Positions 36,922 to 46,406 of a stretch of DNA of 64,000 nt are shown here, piece after piece; within the stretch, counting starts at the first letter, position 1, and each line of letters starts with the position of its first letter. Below the pieces are notes generated by a model. It did no database searches and was not told where the DNA came from. It saw only the letters and a program-made list of their open reading frames with translations. A program made the position numbers and the translations under genes. The stretch comes from a virus. The DNA lies in the IMG/VR virus record IMGVR_UViG_3300020190_000042, positions 11,227-75,226 of that record. One strand, given 5' to 3'.

Positions 36922-37257
36922 TTAGAGAAGCAGACCCTTGAGGGGATTGAAGGAATCGGCTTCCTTCGTAGATTTATCAACAATCGATTTCAGTAAATCA
37001 GCTAGGTAACTCTCCTGACGCTGGGTCTGCAGATATTCCTGCAAACGTGATCCGGCCATGCGCGGAGCTTCGCCACGGATGCCTCGGATTAAATCACCAA
37101 CTCCACCAAACAAATCTTGGAGACCGGCGCCAGCAGCTAAATAGTCAAAACCGGGTTTAGAAGGACTCGGAGCAGTACTACTCCCGACGCCGCCAAAGTC
37201 ACTAATAGTTGCTTGATCCGACGGAGTGATGTAGTCCGTGTATGAGTAGTTAGGCAT
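36922..37257 (-). CDS. Hypothetical (putative internal virion) protein
   Basis: 111 aa with a Gly-rich amphipathic segment. Confidence 0.65.
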   Translation of the reverse strand: MPNYSYTDYITPSDQATISDFGGVGSSTAPSPSKPGFDYLAAGAGLQDLFGGVGDLIRGIRGEAPRMAGSRLQEYLQTQRQESYLADLLKSIVDKSTKEADSFNPLKGLLL

Positions 37258-37298
37258 GGTCAGCGTCCGCTTGTTTAAGTTTACTTGGAAATAAACAA

Positions 37299-38804
37299 TC
37301 AGATCAGGTTTCGGCCCTGCAGCGCATAAATAAGCGCCGGATCTAACCCACGGACCTCATCGATGATCTGCGGCGTGGTAAACGACCGTAAATCAGATGC
37401 CCCTTGAGTACCGTCAATAGCGGCCTGAGCAGCTGCCGAAGTGTTGCCAATAATATTGTTGGCGTTATTCGAACCAGCGGGTGCGGTAATAACCTTCTGG
37501 GTTTGTTGAGGAATTTGCTGACTAGGTAACGTATAAGAACCAGTCGCTTTACGCAGCAGTTCGTAAGCAAGCTCCGGATTAGCGTTAGCCCAAGTAACGA
37601 GCTGAGGGCTGTCTAACACGCCGCGCTTAGTTAACTCTGAAACAATCTCAGCTTTGTTAGCCGGGAACGAAGCATACTGCTCACGTTGACCGTAATACTC
37701 ACGCAGTTGAGCCTGAGGCTTGGTGTACTGTTGCTTCGCCGCACGAAGCGCTTCGTCTTCACCGCGAGTTGTGATGACGGTCTGACCCTCGGCACCCCGA
37801 TAAACAGGGGCAGGCATAATGGCCCGCGCAGCGGGGCTCATGCTCTCAGCAATTTGTTGAGCGGTATTTGCTTGCCGATTTTGAGCAGCTTGGGGATCAT
37901 TAACTAATCCGCCGGCATCAGCGCTTTCGGTTGTGGGACCCATCGGAGTCTCCAACGGAGCCTCAGGAACAGCCGTAGGAGCAGTGAAACGACCAGCAGC
38001 AAAAGCTGCAGCTAAACCGCCAGGAATACCTAAAGCCAAACCGAGTTTACCGAGGTTGCCTTGGCGCACACCGCCCATGGCGTTGGAGAGTTCGCGAACA
38101 TCAACATCCACAACGTCTTCCACACCACGGCGAGCACCGCCGCGTTGAATAAACTCGTCGAGCAGACCGCCGGGAGACGGCACAACAGCACCGCCTTTTT
38201 CGGTCATTTGGATTGCTGCTGCACCGGCGGGAGGACGCATCCCACCACCAGGGCTACGCACCAATGCGCTAGCGCCGGAAAGATTTTCTTCTAAATTGCG
38301 AAGAAAATTGGTGCCGGCGGGGGACACCAAATCATCAACAGAAACGGGCTTACCGTAATAAGCCGTGGCACGCTTAGCTAACTCATTAATTGCCCGGTAA
38401 GTGCCGGGGTCATTAGCGTAAAGCTCCTCAGCAGTTTTACTCACAGGACCCTGCATTGGGGTCGTCTTAAAAGCAGGAGCTGGAGCCGGAGCAGTTTCAA
38501 ATAAATTTAATTGATCCCGGCTAGGGGCTGCAGGAATCTGAGGGGCATCCACAGCCCTAGGGTTCGGACGAAGCATCGCCCGATAATCCACATCGGCAGG
38601 AGAAATCTTAGGGCCGTAAATAGAACGACCGGGTTGAGTGCTTTGAAGAGCAGGGAGTAAGGAGCCCTGCCGAGCAGCGGGTTTGGCTGCTTTAATGGCC
38701 GCCTCTCCAACTTCCCGAGTTACTGCGCCGCCGGGCTTCAGCATCCCGCTTTTTACTAAACCAGAACCAAAGATTTTTAGAATCTCTAATAACTGACGGT
38801 TCAC
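37299..38804 (-). CDS. Large Ala/Pro-rich putative internal virion protein
   Basis: 501 aa, one hydrophobic segment; shares a W.xANP.LAY motif with 59680-60456. Confidence 0.75.
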   Translation of the reverse strand: MNRQLLEILKIFGSGLVKSGMLKPGGAVTREVGEAAIKAAKPAARQGSLLPALQSTQPGRSIYGPKISPADVDYRAMLRPNPRAVDAPQIPAAPSRDQLNLFETAPAPAPAFKTTPMQGPVSKTAEELYANDPGTYRAINELAKRATAYYGKPVSVDDLVSPAGTNFLRNLEENLSGASALVRSPGGGMRPPAGAAAIQMTEKGGAVVPSPGGLLDEFIQRGGARRGVEDVVDVDVRELSNAMGGVRQGNLGKLGLALGIPGGLAAAFAAGRFTAPTAVPEAPLETPMGPTTESADAGGLVNDPQAAQNRQANTAQQIAESMSPAARAIMPAPVYRGAEGQTVITTRGEDEALRAAKQQYTKPQAQLREYYGQREQYASFPANKAEIVSELTKRGVLDSPQLVTWANANPELAYELLRKATGSYTLPSQQIPQQTQKVITAPAGSNNANNIIGNTSAAAQAAIDGTQGASDLRSFTTPQIIDEVRGLDPALIYALQGRNLI

Positions 38805-38839
38805 AAACCTAGGGCGCAGTCCTTATCTAACTATAGCTT

Positions 38840-39466
38840 TTATCGCCAATTTGCGTAGAAGTATAAGCGGTCTGCACGTGAAGTATCTGGTGGTCCAGGA
38901 ATAGCCTGAATAAACTCACCGCCACTGCGCTCAAACCGATACCGCGCTGCCACGGGGTCCCGATAGTTAGGCACATACAGCATGTGAGCTAAACGGTCAC
39001 ACTCATAAAGGTAATTTTCCCGCCAGATCCGGGCGGTCTCACGCTTGTCCTGAATATTAATCGAACGACTAACGTCGCCCAGAATCGTTTCTTGACGACT
39101 GGTTGCCCGCCCCGTGGCCAATTCCGTCAGGCGCTCTGCTTCTTCGCAGCGCTCAATCTGCTGAACTATTTTGTCGTAATAATATTCACTTGGAATGCTA
39201 TTACAAGCCTCCATTAATCTGGCGTAATCGCCAGCCGGCACAGTCGCAATATTGTATCCAAGGTGATACGCAACACGACTAAAGTTAAAGTCGTCAAGCC
39301 TATAACCAAATACCTGCGCAGGGTTGCGAGTAAGTTGATTAATTGCGGCGTATATAACTTCACGCTTTGTGGCGTCAGTTGTGTCGGGCTGAAAGACAAC
39401 ACCTTGACCCGCAAGGTAACTTTGTATCTGTTGAAGTTCTTGCGTGCTTAACTGAGCCACTACCAA
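38840..39466 (-). CDS. Putative head completion/adaptor protein
   Basis: Helical 208-aa protein downstream of the capsid genes; assignment by position only. Confidence 0.55.
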   Translation of the reverse strand: MVVAQLSTQELQQIQSYLAGQGVVFQPDTTDATKREVIYAAINQLTRNPAQVFGYRLDDFNFSRVAYHLGYNIATVPAGDYARLMEACNSIPSEYYYDKIVQQIERCEEAERLTELATGRATSRQETILGDVSRSINIQDKRETARIWRENYLYECDRLAHMLYVPNYRDPVAARYRFERSGGEFIQAIPGPPDTSRADRLYFYANWR

Positions 39467-39518
39467 AGCCTGCTACATATTTAGATTCTAATTCTTTATT
39501 TAAAAGACCTCTACGTGA

Positions 39519-39956
39519 TCACTCAACGTAAACGTGATCGCCCTCTAAAACAGAATCCCAATCCACACGGGAAATCGAGCGAAGCTGATCAAGTTTAGTA
39601 AACCGCTCTCCCGGCATTGATTGCTGCAGTTCTTTGATCTCAGTAGCGGTCTTTAAACCAACTCCCTTGAGCACTTGCGTCAAAAGTTGCGGGGTGGCCG
39701 AATTAATGTTGACTCGGTTAAAAGCTTGGACCTCAGGTTTTACGATCTGTCGCCCACGACGCTGCTTAGCTGGTTTTTCAGTAGGTTCAGGAGCGTCTAC
39801 AAGATCCTCAGAGATTTGATTTTTATGTGCGAAAAATACTTTCCCCGTGGTTAGGGAGCGAACCATTTTATATTCACCGTCATCGTGCTCACTTAGAATT
39901 TCAATCTTTACGCCATTAGGAGTAAAGGTGAACTCTTTAACAGACACGGCAGTCAT
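39519..39956 (-). CDS. Helix-hairpin-helix (ComEA-like) DNA-binding protein
   Basis: RVNINSATPQLLTQVLKGVGLKTATEI...RFTKLDQL. Confidence 0.8.
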   Translation of the reverse strand: MTAVSVKEFTFTPNGVKIEILSEHDDGEYKMVRSLTTGKVFFAHKNQISEDLVDAPEPTEKPAKQRRGRQIVKPEVQAFNRVNINSATPQLLTQVLKGVGLKTATEIKELQQSMPGERFTKLDQLRSISRVDWDSVLEGDHVYVE

Positions 39957-39999
39957 TATGTAGACAGTGATCTGTTGTTAGTTATAGCACAACAGGCAA

Positions 40000-40025
40000 T
40001 AAAAAACCCCCTCCGAAGAGGGGGT
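40000..40025 (-). terminator. Intrinsic terminator after the capsid operon
   Basis: Minus strand ACCCCCTC-TTCG-GAGGGGGT + T run (cUUCGg tetraloop). Confidence 0.9.
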
Positions 40026-40049
40026 AAGCACTCCGATAAAACAAGTTTA

Positions 40050-40913
40050 TCAGGAGGGCACAGTCGAGGTGTACACGTTGGATTCCACCACGCCGCCGGG
40101 CTGCAGAGCCAGATCGTCGCGCTTGGGCGCTTCGTCGGGGATGAGCCAGCAGACTTCGCAGATACCCAGAGCCTTGTTCTTGCCAGACAGTTTGTTGGCT
40201 TGAGCACGGGGATCGTACACACCGGAACCGAGACCCAGGCCGGAGCCAGGAACAGTAGCGGTGCTGTACAGACGGTACTTCACATCGCGAGTAACGGCGT
40301 GCATGCTGGCATCACTCCAGGCGTTGCTGGAAATGTAGCTACCGTTCTCGATGCGGCTGTTCGAACCAACGAGGTTGGCGAAGAAGCCACTGGGGCTAGG
40401 CGCGGTGGTGAGACCGGAGGACAGAGCAGGACCCACGCCGAGGGCGGGGGCGCTCTGAGCACCAGCAATACCGCTGCTGATCACGTCGCCGCCGTCGAGA
40501 CGCACGGACACGCGATACACGTATGCACCGGAAGGCACGGTAATGCCGTCGGTGATGTCAGCACGGACATCCTTAGACGCGTCAGGAGACGGAATAATAA
40601 TGTCAGCAGCCCGGAAAGGCTGGTTCGCGCTGTTCTGACCCGAACCATAAGGCTGGGTGTAATAATCCAGCTGGTTGGTGCTAGAGCTGGCCTGATAAGA
40701 CAGGTCAACGTAACCCACGGCTTGCTGAGCAATCCAACCGGGGCGGAAGACCACGCCCACCGGGCCGCCAATCGGCTGGTTGGTATAGGTCTCGCTGGTG
40801 CCGTTCTCATTCAGGAAACTGAAGTTGCTGGTGGAGTGCCAGTAACGGAGAACGTTGGTGTAGTTGCCAGGATAAATCTTGGCGACTGCGATCTGATCGG
40901 GATTAATTGCCAT
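40050..40913 (-). CDS. Abundant structural protein (capsid decoration/minor capsid-like)
   Basis: Follows the MCP with a strong GAGGAGGT RBS; C-ending codon bias like the MCP; terminator downstream. Confidence 0.7.
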   Translation of the reverse strand: MAINPDQIAVAKIYPGNYTNVLRYWHSTSNFSFLNENGTSETYTNQPIGGPVGVVFRPGWIAQQAVGYVDLSYQASSSTNQLDYYTQPYGSGQNSANQPFRAADIIIPSPDASKDVRADITDGITVPSGAYVYRVSVRLDGGDVISSGIAGAQSAPALGVGPALSSGLTTAPSPSGFFANLVGSNSRIENGSYISSNAWSDASMHAVTRDVKYRLYSTATVPGSGLGLGSGVYDPRAQANKLSGKNKALGICEVCWLIPDEAPKRDDLALQPGGVVESNVYTSTVPS

Positions 40914-40927
40914 CGTTAGTTACCTCC

Positions 40928-42043
40928 TCAAGCGTTAAAGGAGTAAGCCACGGTGGCGAAGTCAGCGTTCAGAAGTTCGAAACCTGCGTACAGGCTCCAA
41001 ATCATCATGATGAAACGGCTGAAATCGTCGTTGTTGTTCAACAGCACCTGAGCGTTGTTGCCGCCGATACCGACGCCAACGCTCTGGGGACCGAAGAACA
41101 TACCGATTGCGGTTTCGTAGGAAGCCGAGGTGCCGCCGATAGAAGCGGTGGCATTCTGAGATGGCATGTTGGTGGATTCGAAGAAGCGAACGCCTTCGAA
41201 CACGAAACCGGTGGGCATAATCGGCTCACCAGCCACAAAGGTGGCTTGACCAAAGCCCTGACCCATGTACAGCGCAGCGTTGGGCTGCATTGCCGACATT
41301 AGGGGGTTGATCTGACCGTTGCCGGGGTAACGAGCAACTTCGCGGAAGTCGCTGTTCTGGCGCAGGTGCATTAGGAAGGTAGGATCGCAAACACAGCGAT
41401 AGAAACCGTCCTGGAAGGTAGGAACGTTACGCTTACGCAGGCTCTTCACCACGCGCAGCAGGTCGTCCTTAACGTCGAACTTAGCTTGTTCGGCGTTGGT
41501 GTAGGTGAGGCTACCAACGGCGAGATCACCGGGGTAGTAGTAACCACCTTGGGAATCGGAAGCCTTACCCTTGGAAACAGCTTTCAGGAGTTCGTTGATG
41601 AACACTCGATCGCGCCAACGACGATAGTCGTCGAGCAGAGTCAGCGAACCGATGGACTGGTGAAAGGCAGTCAGGTTGCCGGTATCCAGCAGAAGACGCT
41701 GCGCGGTGATCAGAGTCTCGCGAGCAATCTTGAAGGTGCTGGGCTGAGTGGGATCAGTCGGGTCGGCAGGACCGGTGTACTCGCGGAGGGTCACGAGCAC
41801 CTTGTCCTTGACGATGTTTCGGCTGTTGGCAGTACCGATGGTCTGCTCAGCAGTGCGCTCCCGAGACTCCTTAGAGCCGGGGTTGCCCCAGAAACGATAA
41901 CGGTCAAGCTGTACGGTCTGGCCAGGTTGCTTCGAAAAATCGTGAACAACCACCGGCTCAGCAGCCATCTCTACGACGTACGCAGGATGGGGACGGTATA
42001 ATTCCGCACCGAGCAGCTTCGGAAAATCATTGTCGACGAACAA
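40928..42043 (-). CDS. Major capsid protein
   Basis: 371 aa; KQPGQTVQL.R, G..FEGVRFFES, FFGPQ, W..YAGF..L pattern of HK97-fold MCPs; GGAGG RBS; high-expression codon usage. Confidence 0.85.
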   Translation of the reverse strand: MFVDNDFPKLLGAELYRPHPAYVVEMAAEPVVVHDFSKQPGQTVQLDRYRFWGNPGSKESRERTAEQTIGTANSRNIVKDKVLVTLREYTGPADPTDPTQPSTFKIARETLITAQRLLLDTGNLTAFHQSIGSLTLLDDYRRWRDRVFINELLKAVSKGKASDSQGGYYYPGDLAVGSLTYTNAEQAKFDVKDDLLRVVKSLRKRNVPTFQDGFYRCVCDPTFLMHLRQNSDFREVARYPGNGQINPLMSAMQPNAALYMGQGFGQATFVAGEPIMPTGFVFEGVRFFESTNMPSQNATASIGGTSASYETAIGMFFGPQSVGVGIGGNNAQVLLNNNDDFSRFIMMIWSLYAGFELLNADFATVAYSFNA

Positions 42044-42123
42044 AGCGTCAACCTCCGAAGAACTACATATTTAATTTAACTAAAAGATTGCAAAAACAAC
42101 ACACCGCTGTTGCATTCTTAGCG

Positions 42124-43251
42124 TTAAATCGCTTTTTGGTTGCTGGAATTTACCGTGGGACTAAAAACCCTCACCATGTTGCGCACAGACTCAGCACCCT
42201 GCATATAAACAGAGCCATAGTTGTAGGCATAACGCGTGGACTTACCGCGATATACGTACCGCAAAGCAGAAGACATTAAGCCAGGTGTTCCCGACCGGAT
42301 AGTTTCTGTGTAAGTCTTGCAATAAACAGGAGAGTTATAAACCCACTCAGAACGATCAGAAGTGCCTTGAGAACCTAAGGCGTTTGTTAAGAGTGTGCCC
42401 TCATAACTCCGATGAGTAACACCGCCTCCTGTTTGCCCCTGCGCTGCGCTGTTGGCTTCTGGAGTGTTATAAGGATTGTAATTTTGATCAGCCGGCGCAA
42501 CCCCGCCATAATACGTGTAAATACCTTCGTTACGAAGGCCGTATTCTGGTCCGGTCGACGTAACAACTTTTACATTTGCAATCGTCGTTACGCTTAGAGG
42601 GCGATAACCGTTATAAGAACTAAGAGAACCGCTTGGCAAATAGTCTGTGTTCTGATAATCAACCCAATAACCAGAAACAGCTTGAGGAACAGTCCTAAAA
42701 GCAGTGCTCTTATACCACTGAGTGCTATTTACTGTTGCGACTACAGCAGAGCTGCCCATATTAGAGTGGTGATCACAGTAGTAATACAGAAAAGAAGGTG
42801 CCGAATCGGCAACAACAATTTGAATGTAACTATTCGGCGTCCCTGGTGTTCCGCTAGTTGTTACGCCGACTGTATATTGAACCCCACCACTGTGCGTGCC
42901 ATTGCTGGTCGTGGAAAATCGAAAAGGATGTCCCGCGTTTGACGGATCAGATAGATTAAAAATAAAAGTCTGACCTCGCCTTAGCTGAAGCACAGCTTGA
43001 GGTTGATTATTTACATAAAAAATATTTCCCGTGCCAGGATTAGCAACTGTTACATTTAAATAAGTCGTTATTTGTGCGTTATAGATATCCGCGTAACTCT
43101 GATCAGGAGGTCCGGGAACAGTTACACCGAGGTCAGCCCCAGTATCGCGGATACCCGAGCTAAGGACGATGTAGCCCTCGTGGTTAGGACCGGATTGAAT
43201 CCGATGAAAACCCGTGTCGTATTTGTAATTAGATAGCGGTGTATAAACCAC
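42124..43251 (-). CDS. Structural protein with an internal cupredoxin-like domain
   Basis: LRRGQTFIFN...GHPFRF...LYYYCDHHSNMG. Confidence 0.75.
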   Translation of the reverse strand: MVYTPLSNYKYDTGFHRIQSGPNHEGYIVLSSGIRDTGADLGVTVPGPPDQSYADIYNAQITTYLNVTVANPGTGNIFYVNNQPQAVLQLRRGQTFIFNLSDPSNAGHPFRFSTTSNGTHSGGVQYTVGVTTSGTPGTPNSYIQIVVADSAPSFLYYYCDHHSNMGSSAVVATVNSTQWYKSTAFRTVPQAVSGYWVDYQNTDYLPSGSLSSYNGYRPLSVTTIANVKVVTSTGPEYGLRNEGIYTYYGGVAPADQNYNPYNTPEANSAAQGQTGGGVTHRSYEGTLLTNALGSQGTSDRSEWVYNSPVYCKTYTETIRSGTPGLMSSALRYVYRGKSTRYAYNYGSVYMQGAESVRNMVRVFSPTVNSSNQKAI

Positions 43252-43285
43252 GGTGAGTACGCGGGCCTACACCAAGTATAGGATT

Positions 43286-43480
43286 TTAACTAACGACTTC
43301 CGTATCGACGGAAGTGGGGGGATCCACTTTTTGACTCAGGTTGTTCATATCCGCGCTGATATTTTGCATATCTTGCACGTAGGCAGCGCGCAGAGATTCA
43401 AGCTCAGCTTTTAATTCCTCAACTTCACTGGAAGATGAGGAAGCGCCGCTATCGCGACGACGGCCAAGAGAATTAGGCAT
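43286..43480 (-). CDS. Small coiled-coil protein
   Basis: EVEELKAELESLR. Confidence 0.6.
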   Translation of the reverse strand: MPNSLGRRRDSGASSSSSEVEELKAELESLRAAYVQDMQNISADMNNLSQKVDPPTSVDTEVVS

Positions 43481-43481
43481 T

Positions 43482-43655
43482 TCAAGAAGTCTTCTTAGAT
43501 TCAGTATACTTCCGAGCTTTTTTCTTCGCTTTTACTCGTTCGGGTAAATTCCCTTTAGTTTCTTTTTCGTACTCAGCCACCTTGGCTTTTGAAATCTCGC
43601 CGCGTTCAGCCATTGCGTAAAATTTACGACGCTGACTCTCTGACGCAAAAGGCAT
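43482..43655 (-). CDS. Small basic phage protein (57 aa, below cutoff)
   Basis: MPFASESQRRKFYAMAERGEISKAKVAEYEKETKGNLPERVK...; MPFxSxxQRR start common in phage head clusters. Confidence 0.7.
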   Translation of the reverse strand: MPFASESQRRKFYAMAERGEISKAKVAEYEKETKGNLPERVKAKKKARKYTESKKTS

Positions 43656-43685
43656 CAGTTTAAATAACTCTAATTAACTATAAAT

Positions 43686-43713
43686 AAAAAACCCCGCCTG
43701 TGAAGACGGGGTT
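43686..43713 (-). terminator. Intrinsic terminator after the scaffold-like gene
   Basis: Minus strand AACCCCGTCT-TCAC-AGGCGGGGTT + T run. Confidence 0.85.
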
Positions 43714-43734
43714 CCGAAGTTCCTGATTACTGTA

Positions 43735-44646
43735 TCAGGCGTTGTCCATGAACAGAAGCTTGCCACGGAAGGCGTCAGGGCTCATCTGAGACAGATAGCG
43801 CCAAGCCTGCTCGGGGCTACGGTTCATAGCTTCGCTAAAACCGTTCCACTGAGAATCGGAATCCACGTTGGGAGCGCCGGCCATAGCCGAAGCAGGAACA
43901 GCAGGCAGCTGATCGTAACGAGGCTGATAATTCTGGGTATCAGCTTCGGTGTCCACCGGGTAAACCTCAGTAAAGAAGCGGTTGGTGTAGTCAGCTAACT
44001 GATCGGGATCGGTCAGGATATGCTCCATAGCCATCCCACGAGCAGCGATGTTCTCCAGAACACCGTGTTGTTCGATCAGGGCATCCTCAAGCACGGTGGC
44101 ATACTGATTCAGAATGCCAGGAGCTTCGATACCGAAGTGATTAACGACGGCGGCGGTTGCCTCGCTTAGGGCCGGAGCTTGTTGCTGCTCCGTAGAAGTC
44201 GGATAAGAAGTCTGGGTTGTAGAGTCGCTGCTGTACGAGGTCGGCTGAGCCGTAGGCGCTTGGTAAAGATACGGTTGGGCCTGTAAACTCTGACTGTACA
44301 GTTGAGTATCCTGCGGCGCCGTCTGGTACTGCGGATACTGTGCTGTCTGGCTGGGGGACGGGGAGAGGCGCGAAACCACCCGCTCCAGGCTGCCCATTGC
44401 CGCCTCCCAGGGGTTGGACGGGGAGGACGTTGACGGAGACTGGCTGAACTGGCTGTTGGTAGAAGGGACCGTAGCCGGTGCCACCTGCAACGGCGCTTGC
44501 GGCATAGTTGCCGAAGGTGCCGCCTGGGTAGTTGCTACCCACTGGGGGTAGGCTGTAGAGCCCTGGTCCGCCGAGGGCGCCGCCTGCGGGGCTGCTACCG
44601 CCGGGGAGACCGGGCTCGGGATCGAAGCTTGGATCTGCTGGCTCAT
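43735..44646 (-). CDS. Putative capsid scaffolding protein
   Basis: Acidic, Q/P/S-rich N-half and helical C-half; between portal and MCP; followed by a terminator. Confidence 0.6.
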   Translation of the reverse strand: MSQQIQASIPSPVSPAVAAPQAAPSADQGSTAYPQWVATTQAAPSATMPQAPLQVAPATVPSTNSQFSQSPSTSSPSNPWEAAMGSLERVVSRLSPSPSQTAQYPQYQTAPQDTQLYSQSLQAQPYLYQAPTAQPTSYSSDSTTQTSYPTSTEQQQAPALSEATAAVVNHFGIEAPGILNQYATVLEDALIEQHGVLENIAARGMAMEHILTDPDQLADYTNRFFTEVYPVDTEADTQNYQPRYDQLPAVPASAMAGAPNVDSDSQWNGFSEAMNRSPEQAWRYLSQMSPDAFRGKLLFMDNA

Positions 44647-46375
44647 AGCTGCCCGAGTAAGTCAGTTCTTGCGCAAGGTGGTCAAACGTCCTATAGAGCA
44701 AGGGCGTTATGTTTAGCCGAGGATCAGCCGCAAGCGGTTGATTCGGCGCAAGTGGATGTGGCGCTTGCAACATCTGATTTAATAATACTAGAAATTGTTG
44801 AAACGCGCCTTGTGTTTGTTGAATCATTCGGAAGGGAAATCCCTTCAACATTTCGGCTCGTTCAGAATCGGTTTTATCGGGGAAGAGATACTTAAGAGCT
44901 TCGACGCTATCCACGCCGAGTTCTTGTAAGTTCCGAACGACGATAGATTTTTGGTTTACGTCATACGCCGTATCTTCGTAAACGTCTCCTTGGAAGCGAT
45001 ACGAAACGTCGCGATCACCGTTAGGCGGTAAACCAAAAACACCCCGTGGGACCTTATTTTCTTGTAACGCAACCTGCATCGCAGCAGTTACGTCACTTTC
45101 GTACTTGGCTAGCTTTTTCTGATAACGAGCTAAGGCTTCTTCCGTTTGTTCCTTAGGTTCTTTAGGGGGCTCAAGCCCCATAACCTGAATGAAGCTTTCG
45201 CGGAAAACTTGCTCTTGATGATAGAGAATCATCTCAAGCAAACGACAGAAACCGTAGGTCAAGAAGCTCTTGTTCTTGCGCAGAGCCGTGGCCTGAGCCC
45301 GACCCATAAGACCTTTGATTTCGGTTGCGGTAGCGCCGGCAGAAATAGATATTTCGTCAACGCCGCCCAAAGCTGTACGAATTTCTTCCCGCAGTAACAA
45401 AGCGTAACGGTTCATATCCCCGTTAACCGGGTCGGGCGTCATATAGCCCACGCGGTCAGACGGTTCGACGTTGGCAATAACCCGAGGAACTCTCAGGCCG
45501 CCAAGCATCGCAGATGAACCAAACGGTTCCGACACTCGGGTCGACGGAGTATCGCGTCCGGCAAAACCGCTTTGACTACTAATAGTCGGACGGAATGTAC
45601 GATCCGCATCCGAAGCTTCGACCAGATCGCTTCGAGGACGCGAACTGATCAGCGTGGGATTACCAAAGAACTCAATATTCTTAGCGATATTTTTCATCAT
45701 GCTGTCGTGCAGCACGATTTGCTCCATGAAGGGCTCAAACTCGCCTTCGCCCTCAGTACCGCTGCTATTGGGTTTGTTTAAAACCTCAACCGCAGGAATA
45801 AAACCTAATTCATTAACGCGACTGTTCCTAGGAGTCAGAACAGTGCCGGGTTCTAACTCAAAACTAAGTTCACTATTAGATTCAAATTCATTGATTTTGT
45901 CTGCAGTTATAGAAATGCGGACGTAGCGCTTATTTTGTCCGTAGGTATCCGCAGGCAAACCTAAAGTCGAATTTCGGACTTTATAGCTATATAAAATGAC
46001 GACTTCTTCGATTTCACCGTTGATATCGTGATAAACCCGGTATTGATTTTTCGCAAAGAAATAAATTTGATACTTCAGCTTCTGATCCGGACGAAAATAG
46101 AACAGCCCACACCCATCGATCAAAAAATTACGGATAATCGCTGGAAAGCGAATATCCATCCGGTTGAGACTAATTAAAGAGTCAATAAATTTGCTTCTTG
46201 ACTTATAAGTATCCTGCTCACAGTAAAAAAACAGCCCTTTTTTGATCATAAGCAGCGTCATCTGCTGCAAATGACTCAAAACGACCATCGTGGCAGATTG
46301 CTTACTGCGATCCTGCGTCCGAGAAGCTTCGAGAATCTCGTTAAAACGCTGACGAACGCCTAATGAATCTGCCAT
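44141..46375 (-). CDS. Portal protein
   Basis: 744 aa between terminase and capsid genes; LIDGCGLFY, LGFIPAVEV.N, FFGNP, SAGATATEIK portal-like pattern; Pro/Gly-rich tail. Confidence 0.7.
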   Translation of the reverse strand: MADSLGVRQRFNEILEASRTQDRSKQSATMVVLSHLQQMTLLMIKKGLFFYCEQDTYKSRSKFIDSLISLNRMDIRFPAIIRNFLIDGCGLFYFRPDQKLKYQIYFFAKNQYRVYHDINGEIEEVVILYSYKVRNSTLGLPADTYGQNKRYVRISITADKINEFESNSELSFELEPGTVLTPRNSRVNELGFIPAVEVLNKPNSSGTEGEGEFEPFMEQIVLHDSMMKNIAKNIEFFGNPTLISSRPRSDLVEASDADRTFRPTISSQSGFAGRDTPSTRVSEPFGSSAMLGGLRVPRVIANVEPSDRVGYMTPDPVNGDMNRYALLLREEIRTALGGVDEISISAGATATEIKGLMGRAQATALRKNKSFLTYGFCRLLEMILYHQEQVFRESFIQVMGLEPPKEPKEQTEEALARYQKKLAKYESDVTAAMQVALQENKVPRGVFGLPPNGDRDVSYRFQGDVYEDTAYDVNQKSIVVRNLQELGVDSVEALKYLFPDKTDSERAEMLKGFPFRMIQQTQGAFQQFLVLLNQMLQAPHPLAPNQPLAADPRLNITPLLYRTFDHLAQELTYSGSYEPADPSFDPEPGLPGGSSPAGGALGGPGLYSLPPVGSNYPGGTFGNYAASAVAGGTGYGPFYQQPVQPVSVNVLPVQPLGGGNGQPGAGGFAPLPVPQPDSTVSAVPDGAAGYSTVQSEFTGPTVSLPSAYGSADLVQQRLYNPDFLSDFYGAATSSGPKRGNRRRR

Positions 46376-46406
46376 GGCCTTATTCTCCGATTTTTAAGGC
46401 CGAAAA

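Noticed and set aside
39975-42001. Long plus-strand ORFs (39975-40919, 40907-41302, 41486-42001)
   Set aside because: Antisense shadows of the strongly codon-biased capsid genes; no motifs or RBS
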